Shown: positions 9,654 through 17,758 of the stretch, one piece after another
Layout of the letters: every line of letters starts with the position of its first letter
Position numbering within the stretch: position 1 is the stretch's first letter
IMG/VR virus record: IMGVR_UViG_3300027373_000174
Coordinates: 1-48,251 of that record
DNA length: 48,251 nucleotides
Direction: 5' to 3' (one strand)
DNA from: a virus
Lineage: Duplodnaviria; Caudoviricetes
The notes under the pieces: model-generated
Told to the model about the DNA's origin: nothing
Databases searched by the model: none
What the model saw: the letters and a program-made list of their open reading frames with translations, nothing else
Position numbers and translations under genes: made by a program

Positions 9654-11330
9654 CTAATCGGGGAGCCACCCTTTACAATCGGACGAAATCTGTCCTGTAG
9701 CGGTTAACGCCTCGCTTGATAAGCGGGGCGTTTCTGCGTTTATAGGAGCGTTTTCCGCAGGGGTTGCCGTTTCCTGCGCCGAGGTTGCCTTCTGCGGGCT
9801 TTCTATATGCATCTTTATCTCAATCCTGCTGTCATACACCACAATCTCCCGTATCAGCGACCGCAGCAGGTCTTTTTGAGCCGCCGGAGCCGCTTCGTCC
9901 AAGTGCCGCATGGCGAAACGGATTCGATTCTGCAATAATTGCCCCGAGTTGGCTGATAATTGCGCGGACTGGCGTTGGGCGGAGAGCTTTTCAAGTTTTT
10001 CCTCCGTTTGCGCTATTTGCGCTTCCAGTTCGGCGAACTTCTCCTTGAAGGCCATGCCCTTGGGGATGTCTCCCGCCATTACCAAATCCAACAGGCGTTT
10101 CGACTCGACCCGCACCGCTTCCAGTTTTTCCTCCTCCGCCCGCATGGCTACCTCGGTCTTATCCAGCTTCATCTGCGATTCCATCATCGCGTCGCCAATG
10201 GCCTTAATCAGGACTTCCTGGTCCGCCGAGGCCTTTTTGAAGTATTCAATTACAGCGTTGTCGAAAGCCGTGGCGGATATGGCCTCGGGCTTACAGCCTA
10301 AGCCCTGCTTACCCCTGCCGCAGACATAGTAGTAGAACTGCTTCCCGGTCTGTCCAGTGCAGGAGACGCTGATATAATGGCTTCCGCACTTCCCGCATCG
10401 AATCAGGCCAGCCAGCAGGTACTCATATGTTTTGGGACGCTTCCCCCAAAAGCGATGCCCCGGCAATTTGGCGGTCAGATACTTGTTGGCCTTTTCCCAA
10501 AGCGCGGGGTCCACTATGCCCTGATGCAATCCCTTGTGCAACTCGTCGTTGTACTGCACATAGCCCTTGTAGAACGGGCTCTTGAGAATGTTTGAAATGC
10601 TTTGCCTGAGCCATACCTTGCCAGCGGGCGACTTTATTCCGCTCGCCATGAGGACATGCCCGATTTCGGTAAGCGACTTGTTTTGCGCCGCCAATTCCCA
10701 GATGGGAAGCAGCTTGGGGGCAATTTCCTCGTTCACCACCAGCTTATGCGGCTGATGCCCGTTGGGCAAAGCCGGACCGTCATTTACGAGCTTATACCCA
10801 TACGGCACCCCGCCCCCCACCCAACGTCCCTGCCTTACACGCGCCAAAGCCGAAGCCTTGACGCGCTCGCCGGTCAGTTCCCTTTCAAAAGCCGACAATA
10901 ATCCCAATATCCCGATTACCACGCGCCCGATAGCCGTAGAGCTGTCGAGGTTTTCCCGCACGGACACAAAGTCGATATTCTTGTCCCTGAACAGGTCTAT
11001 CATGGCGTACAGGTCTCGCGGATTGCGGGTAAGCCGGTCCAGCCGGAAGAAGATGATGCCGTCGAACTCCCGCTTGCCGTTCACGGCCTGGAGTATGGCC
11101 TGTATGCCGGGACGGTTAAGGTCCTTACCTGAATACCCGTCGTCGTTGACCACGCCCTTGTCGCCGAAACACGCCAGCTCATGCCCGAACGCTTCCAGCA
11201 TGTTTTTGCAGTGGTACGACTGCGCATCCAGCGTGGTGAAATCGCCCTGCGCTTGGTCGTCGGTAGAACACCGAGTGTAAATAACATAACGCTTCTTTTC
11301 TGAAGAAGCCTTGCCGGTTAAAGTAGCCAA
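9654..11330 (-). CDS. Large serine recombinase (integrase), integrated-state short form
   Basis: YTRCST catalytic Ser, DDGYSG, RPG, RLDRLTR, recombinase domain, zinc ribbon (CGKC...YYYVC...C) and coiled coil. Likely TTG start at 11330 after GGAGG. Confidence 0.95.
   Translation of the reverse strand: MATLTGKASSEKKRYVIYTRCSTDDQAQGDFTTLDAQSYHCKNMLEAFGHELACFGDKGVVNDDGYSGKDLNRPGIQAILQAVNGKREFDGIIFFRLDRLTRNPRDLYAMIDLFRDKNIDFVSVRENLDSSTAIGRVVIGILGLLSAFERELTGERVKASALARVRQGRWVGGGVPYGYKLVNDGPALPNGHQPHKLVVNEEIAPKLLPIWELAAQNKSLTEIGHVLMASGIKSPAGKVWLRQSISNILKSPFYKGYVQYNDELHKGLHQGIVDPALWEKANKYLTAKLPGHRFWGKRPKTYEYLLAGLIRCGKCGSHYISVSCTGQTGKQFYYYVCGRGKQGLGCKPEAISATAFDNAVIEYFKKASADQEVLIKAIGDAMMESQMKLDKTEVAMRAEEEKLEAVRVESKRLLDLVMAGDIPKGMAFKEKFAELEAQIAQTEEKLEKLSAQRQSAQLSANSGQLLQNRIRFAMRHLDEAAPAAQKDLLRSLIREIVVYDSRIEIKMHIESPQKATSAQETATPAENAPINAETPRLSSEALTATGQISSDCKGWLPD
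9660..9674. repeat. Left att core (15-bp direct repeat GGGGAGCCACCCTTT)
   Basis: Identical to 48162-48176; lies within the last codons of the serine recombinase. Confidence 0.85.
9706..9733 (+). terminator. Terminator-like hairpin just inside the left att
   Basis: AACGCCTCGCTT-GAT-AAGCGGGGCGTT followed by TCTGCGTTT. Confidence 0.45.
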
Positions 11331-11401
11331 ATGAGCCTCCCGTCCTCCCCACATGAACCATTTACATTCAATGTGGGCGGGACATCAAGTCTTTCCAATA
11401 C

Positions 11402-11463
11402 CCATAAATATCCCGTTATCGGCGATTATGCCGACACTTTTCGCCTTTGCGGGATATTTATGG
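11402..11463. promoter_or_regulatory. Back-to-back copies of motif CG(A/G)CA-N14-GGGATATTTATGG (putative phage-sigma promoters or operators)
   Basis: The plus copy (11431-11463) is 28/33 identical to 14386-14418. The minus copy (11434-11402) points at the integrase. 14-bp perfect inverted repeat CCATAAATATCCCG/CGGGATATTTATGG. Confidence 0.7.
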
Positions 11464-11475
11464 ACGGAGGGCTAT

Positions 11476-11649
11476 ATGGGCAAAATTCTAGACAAGAAGT
11501 TTGAACGGCGGTTCGGCGGGAGAATAGTTCTAATCTATGCTTCCAAAACCAATCACTTTTCAACAGCACAAAAACAAAATGTTATTATAGCCACGGCTTT
11601 TGAAACTATACAGCGTGATTTAATGCGGAAGAAGATGAGCACGAACTAA
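11476..11649 (+). CDS. Small basic protein (57 aa), candidate recombination directionality factor
   Basis: GGAGG RBS before the ATG, divergent from the integrase, preceded by the repeated motif. The 3' end overlaps DUF2971. Function inferred from position only. Confidence 0.5.
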   Translation: MGKILDKKFERRFGGRIVLIYASKTNHFSTAQKQNVIIATAFETIQRDLMRKKMSTN

Positions 11650-12337
11650 TCTGATGCGAAACTTTTTCCCCACTTTCGTCGATATGCATAAAATAGCATA
11701 GGATGCCCATGTTATGCGCCAGTTTGACAAGTTTATTCCTGCGACTATTGTATGTGCGTAAAAGTTTGGTCTGTTTAAGTATTTTTTTGCTATTTCTCGC
11801 ATATCCATAAGGATTGCCGAAATGAATAGCCTTAATTGTTCCGATAGGATACAATCCTGAATTTGTGGATTTAACTAAAAAACGCCATTCAGATTCGTGT
11901 TTCCAAGCTGAAAGTTTGGTAGTCAATACTCGCTTGATTTCAGTATAGCGGGAGGCTGAAACGGTAGGTAGGTGTTCCTCATACTTGACAGGCTCAATAG
12001 AATTCATCATTTCATCGATTGAGATAGGAGCAGTCTCAAGTTCTATTGCCACACCTTTGAAACCATTGGCATAATAGCCCCACATTAGGCAATTAGACAA
12101 TGATTCTTCCGCAGCAAGAGAGCAAATGGCATATTCTTGCTTCCCAGCAAATATTTCATCTGGATTTATTCCACATGCATGGAATCCACCTTCCATCGGG
12201 TCATTAAGCTCTGAGAACTTGGCACACCAGAATTTTCCCGTAGCCAAAATTTCTTTAATACGTTTAAAATCTGTTCTACTGCCGAGAGCTCTGAATTTAT
12301 ACAGTTTCATCTTTTCTATTGAAGCCACAGCTTCCAC
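11606..12337 (-). CDS. DUF2971 family protein
   Basis: LYKFR, FSELNDPMEG, MWGYYANGFKGVAIE, TK..AWKHESEWR; AT-rich cargo. True start may be the second Met (MKLYKFR). Confidence 0.8.
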   Translation of the reverse strand: MEAVASIEKMKLYKFRALGSRTDFKRIKEILATGKFWCAKFSELNDPMEGGFHACGINPDEIFAGKQEYAICSLAAEESLSNCLMWGYYANGFKGVAIELETAPISIDEMMNSIEPVKYEEHLPTVSASRYTEIKRVLTTKLSAWKHESEWRFLVKSTNSGLYPIGTIKAIHFGNPYGYARNSKKILKQTKLLRTYNSRRNKLVKLAHNMGILCYFMHIDESGEKVSHQISSCSSSSALNHAV

Positions 12338-13329
12338 TGCTTTATGACAGTATTTGCCAATTTGTCGCCATCAAGGATGTTCCCTCTAAAGATTATCCCA
12401 TCAAGTTTTTTTTCACGATATGGATAGCGTACCCTGTTCTTATAGTAACGTCTAATATAAAAACCTCGCAATTGCTTGTTAGTAGGATGAATTTTGTAAA
12501 AAAGGCCTACATATACAATCTTTTTAGACCGGCCCTTCCATGCTGTAGAAATCCTGAACGATATCATTGGGTTTTCATAAGTGCCATCTTTATTGTCATC
12601 GTACATCGCCAGAAATGGCGCAAACCTGAAGTTTTTCCCCATGCGATGACGCAAGAATTGATCATTATTGGCTTCTTCCCAAACATACTGAAAATACATG
12701 GTCAACTTATGGAAAACAGAAAATGGATTTGTTTTTGAGATAATCTTCTCGGAATATTTAGAAGACGGGTTGCTTATATGAGAAATCTGATTACATGCCG
12801 CAATTAAGTCATGTTTTGTTATTCTCTGCAAACCTATCATTCCAAGCTCCTCAAGATATTGAAGAAATCCTCCGACTAACAATCTGTCGGAATCGGACCA
12901 CCCTGTGCTTCCCGACGCAAGTGCATCATAGAAACCAGACCACTTAAATATCCTAAATTGATGGAGATTGATGTCAAGTTTCGGATACTTCCGTGTAATA
13001 GCGACTACCTTTTTATGCCCTGCTTTCTGATATTTTTTTAGTTGTTTGCCTGTAAGCAATGCGTCAATTTTGTTTTCAATGACACCAAGCTTTTTGCCAT
13101 TACTCGCTGTTATTAAAATGTCTAATCTGCCATTCCCATCAGATGTCGTAATTTGGCTTTTTGCTATGGCGGTGGTGTCAAGAGCAAAACCAAAAAAATT
13201 CAATGCTGTAATTCGGAATAGTGTGCTGTGATTAAAACAGCTCAAGAAAACCTGTGTAAGCCGATCCTCTGCTTCTGGTGAGTAGTGGCCTTTTATGGTT
13301 GTGACTATAAAATCATTAATTTCTATCAT
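12316..13329 (-). CDS. PD-(D/E)XK superfamily nuclease
   Basis: EDRLT...GRLDILI...IENKI...QLKKY; AT-rich. Confidence 0.75.
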   Translation of the reverse strand: MIEINDFIVTTIKGHYSPEAEDRLTQVFLSCFNHSTLFRITALNFFGFALDTTAIAKSQITTSDGNGRLDILITASNGKKLGVIENKIDALLTGKQLKKYQKAGHKKVVAITRKYPKLDINLHQFRIFKWSGFYDALASGSTGWSDSDRLLVGGFLQYLEELGMIGLQRITKHDLIAACNQISHISNPSSKYSEKIISKTNPFSVFHKLTMYFQYVWEEANNDQFLRHRMGKNFRFAPFLAMYDDNKDGTYENPMISFRISTAWKGRSKKIVYVGLFYKIHPTNKQLRGFYIRRYYKNRVRYPYREKKLDGIIFRGNILDGDKLANTVIKQWKLWLQ

Positions 13330-13380
13330 GAAATTTTAGGTCCACGTATCTAGAACTGGTCCTAGCACAAATTTTCCCCA

Positions 13381-13638
13381 TTACCAAAAACAATTTGCGA
13401 CATCATTCGGTCTTTTGAATTTTGTCCCAAGAGCCTTCATCTTTTTCCACTTTTTAAGGTTTCTCTGAAATCTCTCGAAATTGTTTTTGTCTGGATGTTC
13501 GTCATGAAAATGAAGCGCACTTACAGCAAGGTCACAGAAATCGCAAAAATACTGATTATTCGTGCCTTCAATCAAATCTCCGTGCAGATAAAATCTCTCG
13601 CGAGATTTCATTTCCGTGTTTTTTTGTACATGACGCAT
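13381..13638 (-). CDS. Small hypothetical protein with possible C2H2-like Zn site
   Basis: FCDFCD...H.HDEH motif; GGGGGA upstream. Confidence 0.55.
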   Translation of the reverse strand: MRHVQKNTEMKSRERFYLHGDLIEGTNNQYFCDFCDLAVSALHFHDEHPDKNNFERFQRNLKKWKKMKALGTKFKRPNDVANCFW

Positions 13639-13762
13639 GTAAAAATCCCCCCGTGCTTATGGTAGCACAAACGCATAAAAAACGCTAGTTCCCCAGAAAG
13701 TGGCGGTATACCGCTAACCGACAAATAGCTCGCCGGAACCTACCCTAGAAGTGGGCGGGCAG

Positions 13763-13795
13763 ACACACCTCTCAAAAATTAATGAGGAGGTGTGT
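13763..13795 (+). promoter_or_regulatory. Hairpin occluding the Shine-Dalgarno sequence of the sigma gene
   Basis: ACACACCTC (13763-71) pairs perfectly with GAGGTGTGT (13787-95), which overlaps the GAGGAGG SD; ATG at 13797. Confidence 0.6.
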
Positions 13796-13796
13796 A

Positions 13797-14384
13797 ATGC
13801 CAAGCCACAACAAGCAGTACGAAGGACTGTTCCAGCCGTGGGAAGTATCAATAGCCGTAACCGCAGTGTCCCGCCAGAAAAGGAAAAGCCATTGCCTAGA
13901 AAAGGAAGACTTCGACGACCTGTTGCACGAGTGCCTCTCTTGCTGGCAGCTCGCAAAATACAAGTATGACCCGGAATCAAATGTTCCGCCTCAAGCCTTT
14001 ATGCTTAAGGTGGTCCGCAACTGCATGCTCAAAATCGTGCGCGACCTGCTTAGGGACAAGCGGCGCGTCCTGTCGTCCGCCGACTCCCTGGACAGGCCTT
14101 TGACGGATAGAAGCCAAACGACACTGCTTGAAGCATGGGAAGCGAAGAATCCGACCGACAGCATCCATATAGAGGTAGAGCTCAAGCTGGATATCGAGGC
14201 GGTCCTGCCACGCCTTACCGCCCGGCAGAGGGAACTTTGCAGGCTGTTGCGCGATGAAGGCTTGAACCTCAAAGAGGCCAGTGCCGCCATGCAAATTCCC
14301 CGCGCAACGCTCTATGGCGACATGGAACGCATTCGGGCGGTGTTCGCCAAGGCAAAGCTGGGCGAATATCTTGGCGAAAAATAA
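13797..14384 (+). CDS. Phage-encoded sigma-70/ECF-like RNA polymerase sigma factor
   Basis: Region 2-like DFDDLLHE...YDP...AFMLKVVRN; region 4 HTH LTARQRELC...LNLKEASAAMQIPRATL. Confidence 0.85.
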   Translation: MPSHNKQYEGLFQPWEVSIAVTAVSRQKRKSHCLEKEDFDDLLHECLSCWQLAKYKYDPESNVPPQAFMLKVVRNCMLKIVRDLLRDKRRVLSSADSLDRPLTDRSQTTLLEAWEAKNPTDSIHIEVELKLDIEAVLPRLTARQRELCRLLRDEGLNLKEASAAMQIPRATLYGDMERIRAVFAKAKLGEYLGEK

Positions 14385-14385
14385 C

Positions 14386-14418
14386 CCGACACTTTTCCGA
14401 ATCGCGGGATATTTATGG
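14386..14418 (+). promoter_or_regulatory. Third copy of the repeated motif, upstream of the replication operon
   Basis: CCGACACTTTTC-N6-GCGGGATATTTATGG immediately after the sigma stop codon and before the RBS of 14432. Confidence 0.7.
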
Positions 14419-14431
14419 TGCGGAGGAGACT

Positions 14432-14716
14432 ATGCATGAAATTTACATCTTCAAGTTCGGCAAGGGCGCCACCAAGGAATTTCTGGAGGCGCAGGTGACA
14501 CTGGCGGTAATAGCGGTGGAGTGCATGTCGGGCAAGGCGGCGGTACGCATCGGGTTCCGCTACGCAATAAAAAAGGAGAAGGACGCCGTGGTCATGGAGA
14601 CCGGCAATGCGGCGGGCGAAGCAATCGTGCGCGTTTTCACCGGCCTGCTCATCCGGGCTTTCGGCGAAACACGGTTCAAGGTGGAGCACAACCCCAAGGA
14701 GCCGCGCCATGACTGA
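14432..14716 (+). CDS. Hypothetical phage protein
   Basis: GGAGGAG RBS; GC3-rich codon usage; overlaps the next start. Confidence 0.75.
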   Translation: MHEIYIFKFGKGATKEFLEAQVTLAVIAVECMSGKAAVRIGFRYAIKKEKDAVVMETGNAAGEAIVRVFTGLLIRAFGETRFKVEHNPKEPRHD

Positions 14717-16121
14717 TATCCCCTTATATAGGCACCAGCGCGAGGCTGTGGCTTTCGCGGAAAGCGTCGGAGGCAACTGCGCGCTGTTCCATGAACCCGG
14801 CCTTGGCAAAACACGCACCAGCCTTGAGGTGTTCAGCCGTCTGCGCGAACACAATCCGCAACTGCGCCTATTGGTGGTTTGCCCCCTTTCGCTAGTCAAC
14901 GCCGCATGGGGCGAAGACATAAAACGGTTCACAGGCTTCACGTCCTCGGCGTTCAAGGAACTGAACGGGACTTCGCCGGACATAGTCGTCATCAACTACG
15001 AAGCCCTCATCTCCCGGCGGAACCTGCCGGTCATCAAACGCATGGTTGCGGCGCAGCCGTTCATGTGCGTGTTGGATGAAAGCTCGCGGCTGAAAAACAA
15101 CAAGAGCGTGACCACCAAGGTTTTGCTGGAGCTTGCTCCGTTTTTCAGACACAGGATTGTGGCCTCCGGCACGCCGATGCCCAACAGCGAACTGGAGCTT
15201 TGGGGGCAAATCAATTTCCTGCGCCCTGAGTATCTTTGCAAGTCGTTCTATGCTTTCCGCAACACCTACTTCCATCTGGAACGCAACGGGCAGAGGATGC
15301 GCCTCTCAGGCCAGTACGTCAGCAGGGAGTATATGCGCGAAATACTCAGTTCCGGCTGGCGGTACGCCATCACGGGCGAGAACCGGCAAAGGCTGATGGA
15401 GCGCATCCGCCCGCTCGCCAACTGGGTAAAGAAGGCCGACGCGCTGGATTTGCCCGAAAAGGTGGACGAAATCCGCGAGGTGGAACTTTCCCCCGAAGAA
15501 TGGGCGGCGTATGAGGACATGCGGAAATACCTCGTCGCGGAAATCAACGGCACCCAAGTCACGGCCCAAGTCGCGCTGGCGAAGCTGATGAAACTGCGGC
15601 AGGCGACCTCCGGCTTCTTCTATACGCAGGACGGCAAGGTCGTGGAAACGGGCAAGTCCAGCAAGATGAGGGAACTGGAAAACGCCATAGAGGAGCTTGG
15701 CAACCAGCCGGTCATTGTCTGGGTGCAGTTCCATCAGGAAGTGGAGGCTGTCCAGAAGCTGCTCTCCGGCAAATACGGCGCGGAGCAGGTTGTGACGCTC
15801 TATTCCGAAACGCCGGACCGGGACGAGTCCATCCGGCGGTTCAAGGCGGGTGAGGCGCGGTATCTGGTGGCTCATCCCAAGTCTGCTGGGCACGGCCTTA
15901 CATTTACCAATTGCTCGGCTATGGTGTTCTACAGCCTGGACTATTCCTATGAGACCCATGCGCAGGCGCGGGACCGCATCCACCGCATAGGACAGGCCCA
16001 TAGCTGCCTGTACATCTACCTGCTAGCCAACGACACCATAGACGGGCATCTGCTTAAAGTCTTGCAGAAAAAGCAGAGCCTTCAGGAGGCGGTCCATGCC
16101 CTTGTCAGAAACGAGGATTAA
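14709..16121 (+). CDS. SNF2-family helicase
   Basis: EPGLGKT, DESS, SGTP, GHGLT, QARDRIHRIGQ. Confidence 0.92.
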   Translation: MTDIPLYRHQREAVAFAESVGGNCALFHEPGLGKTRTSLEVFSRLREHNPQLRLLVVCPLSLVNAAWGEDIKRFTGFTSSAFKELNGTSPDIVVINYEALISRRNLPVIKRMVAAQPFMCVLDESSRLKNNKSVTTKVLLELAPFFRHRIVASGTPMPNSELELWGQINFLRPEYLCKSFYAFRNTYFHLERNGQRMRLSGQYVSREYMREILSSGWRYAITGENRQRLMERIRPLANWVKKADALDLPEKVDEIREVELSPEEWAAYEDMRKYLVAEINGTQVTAQVALAKLMKLRQATSGFFYTQDGKVVETGKSSKMRELENAIEELGNQPVIVWVQFHQEVEAVQKLLSGKYGAEQVVTLYSETPDRDESIRRFKAGEARYLVAHPKSAGHGLTFTNCSAMVFYSLDYSYETHAQARDRIHRIGQAHSCLYIYLLANDTIDGHLLKVLQKKQSLQEAVHALVRNED

Positions 16122-16401
16122 GGAGAAGGTCCTGGCCTTTCTCAAGGCCGAATATCCCAAAGCATGGGTATATAAGGCGGCGGACAGGTGGACGTCCGGC
16201 ATACCCGACCTACTGATGTGCGTGGATGGGCGGTTCGTGGCAATAGAGCTTAAGGCCGGGAAGAACCAGCCGACAAAAATCCAGAAGTATGTAATCGAAT
16301 CGATTTGCGCTTCCGGCGGACGGGCGACCGTCTGCCGGAGCGTGGAGGAAGTAAAAAACTTCATGAACGGAGGAAACTCAGATGGTGAGAATAGGCGATA
16401 A
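16096..16401 (+). CDS. VRR-NUC domain nuclease
   Basis: SE..I, GIPDL, AIELK, Q motif. Confidence 0.9.
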   Translation: MPLSETRIKEKVLAFLKAEYPKAWVYKAADRWTSGIPDLLMCVDGRFVAIELKAGKNQPTKIQKYVIESICASGGRATVCRSVEEVKNFMNGGNSDGENRR

Positions 16402-16546
16402 GGTGCTGGTCAAAGTCGAAGTGTTCAAGATTGTCGAAACGGAAAACGGCATATCTTACGGCGTAAAGCTCGCCGGGGAAGAGGACCACTACTGCAATAC
16501 CCTCGGGATAACCGACAGGCATATCATCTCTCTGACGGAGAGGTAA
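16382..16546 (+). CDS. Hypothetical protein (54 aa, absent from ORF track)
   Basis: GGAGG RBS; MVRIGDKVLVKVEVFKIVE...; fills the operon gap. Confidence 0.6.
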   Translation: MVRIGDKVLVKVEVFKIVETENGISYGVKLAGEEDHYCNTLGITDRHIISLTER

Positions 16547-16556
16547 AGGAGGCAAT

Positions 16557-16964
16557 ATGCCCGACGATAAAGTATGCGAAAAGGAACTGGTAGCGCGCTT
16601 CAGGGAAGCGAAAGAGCGACGGGACCACCACAAGAAGCAACTGGAGGAGTCCCAGCAGTCATACGAGGAGGCCGAAAGCCGGCTTATCGAGTATCTGGAA
16701 TCCAACTCCGCAACAGCCACCGCCACTTATGAGGGCATCGGCTACGCGCAGCTGCAAAAACCCCGGCTTTACGCCTCTTGCAGGCAGGAGGACACGCATA
16801 AGCTGTTCGACTATCTCAAGGAAAAGGACCGGGCCGACCTGATAAAGACCGGGGTCGCGCCGCAAAGCCTGTCCGGCTTCGTTTCGGAGTGCGTGGAAGG
16901 CGGCGAAACCGTGCCGGAGTTTATCAGCTACTACCTCAAGCCGTCATTGCGGCTTTACAAATAA
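16557..16964 (+). CDS. Phage coiled-coil protein of the replication module (gp33-like)
   Basis: AGGAGG RBS; N-terminal coiled coil; VAPQSLSGFV..E....PEFI pattern. Confidence 0.65.
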   Translation: MPDDKVCEKELVARFREAKERRDHHKKQLEESQQSYEEAESRLIEYLESNSATATATYEGIGYAQLQKPRLYASCRQEDTHKLFDYLKEKDRADLIKTGVAPQSLSGFVSECVEGGETVPEFISYYLKPSLRLYK

Positions 16965-16975
16965 GGAGCGTCACC

Positions 16976-17701
16976 ATGGCAAAAGACATAGCGGTACGAA
17001 AGAAACTGGCGGTTCAGTCATCCGCGCCCCAGCGCGGTTTCGAAGCGGGCGTTACGCAGGAGGACATCATCATCCCCCGCGCAAAGCTCATACAAGCCTT
17101 GTCGCCCGAACTGGCGCAGGGGCTGGAGGGCATAAAGGTCGGCTCAATCATCAACTCGCTGACCAAGGAACCTCTTCCCCAGGAATTCATCCCGGTGTTC
17201 ATGTTCAAGAACTTCATCCGCTTCAACCCGCGCGGCAAGGAAGACCCCAACTACGACGCGGATTTCGAGCCGGGAGCGGTAATCTGGCGGTCTGGCGATA
17301 TTGACGACGCCAAGGTCGCGGAGGCGGCGCGCTTCGGCCCCAACGGCGAAAAACCCGTGGCGACTGCGTTCCTGAACTTCTTCTCCTACTTCCCCGGCGT
17401 TCCCATGCCCGTCATAGTCAGCTTCTCCAAGACCGGCTACAAGACAGGCAAGCAGTTGCTCTCGCTGGCGCGGTTCTGCGGCGGGGACATGTTCAGCCGC
17501 AAGTACAGGCTGTACTCGCAGGCGGAGTCCAACAGCGTGGCGACCTACTGCGTGTTGAAGGTGGCCTCGGCGGGCAACGCCAGCCCTGACGAATACAAGG
17601 CCTGCGAAGCCCTGTGGCGCGACTTTTCCTCGAAGGCCAAGGACATACAGGTCCATGATGAGGAAGCCGCCGAGGAACAGCAGGATTCCCGGCCTTACTG
17701 A
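16976..17701 (+). CDS. Putative phage single-stranded DNA-binding protein
   Basis: DIIIPRAKLIQALSP motif, acidic tail ending ...DSRPY, position upstream of the primase. Confidence 0.55.
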   Translation: MAKDIAVRKKLAVQSSAPQRGFEAGVTQEDIIIPRAKLIQALSPELAQGLEGIKVGSIINSLTKEPLPQEFIPVFMFKNFIRFNPRGKEDPNYDADFEPGAVIWRSGDIDDAKVAEAARFGPNGEKPVATAFLNFFSYFPGVPMPVIVSFSKTGYKTGKQLLSLARFCGGDMFSRKYRLYSQAESNSVATYCVLKVASAGNASPDEYKACEALWRDFSSKAKDIQVHDEEAAEEQQDSRPY

Positions 17702-17706
17702 CCGGC

Positions 17707-17738
17707 AGGGGGCGGTGGAGAACCCGCCGCCCCCCCTT
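17707..17738 (+). terminator. GC-rich hairpin between the SSB-like gene and the primase
   Basis: GGGGGCGGTGG-AGAAC-CCGCCGCCCCC followed by a weak T tract. Confidence 0.35.
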
Positions 17739-17758
17739 CCACCCGATAGAAGGTGCAC

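Noticed and set aside
9630-9674. Intact tRNA at either att site
   Set aside because: Only an acceptor-like 3' end is present; no GGTTCGAA T-loop or cloverleaf.
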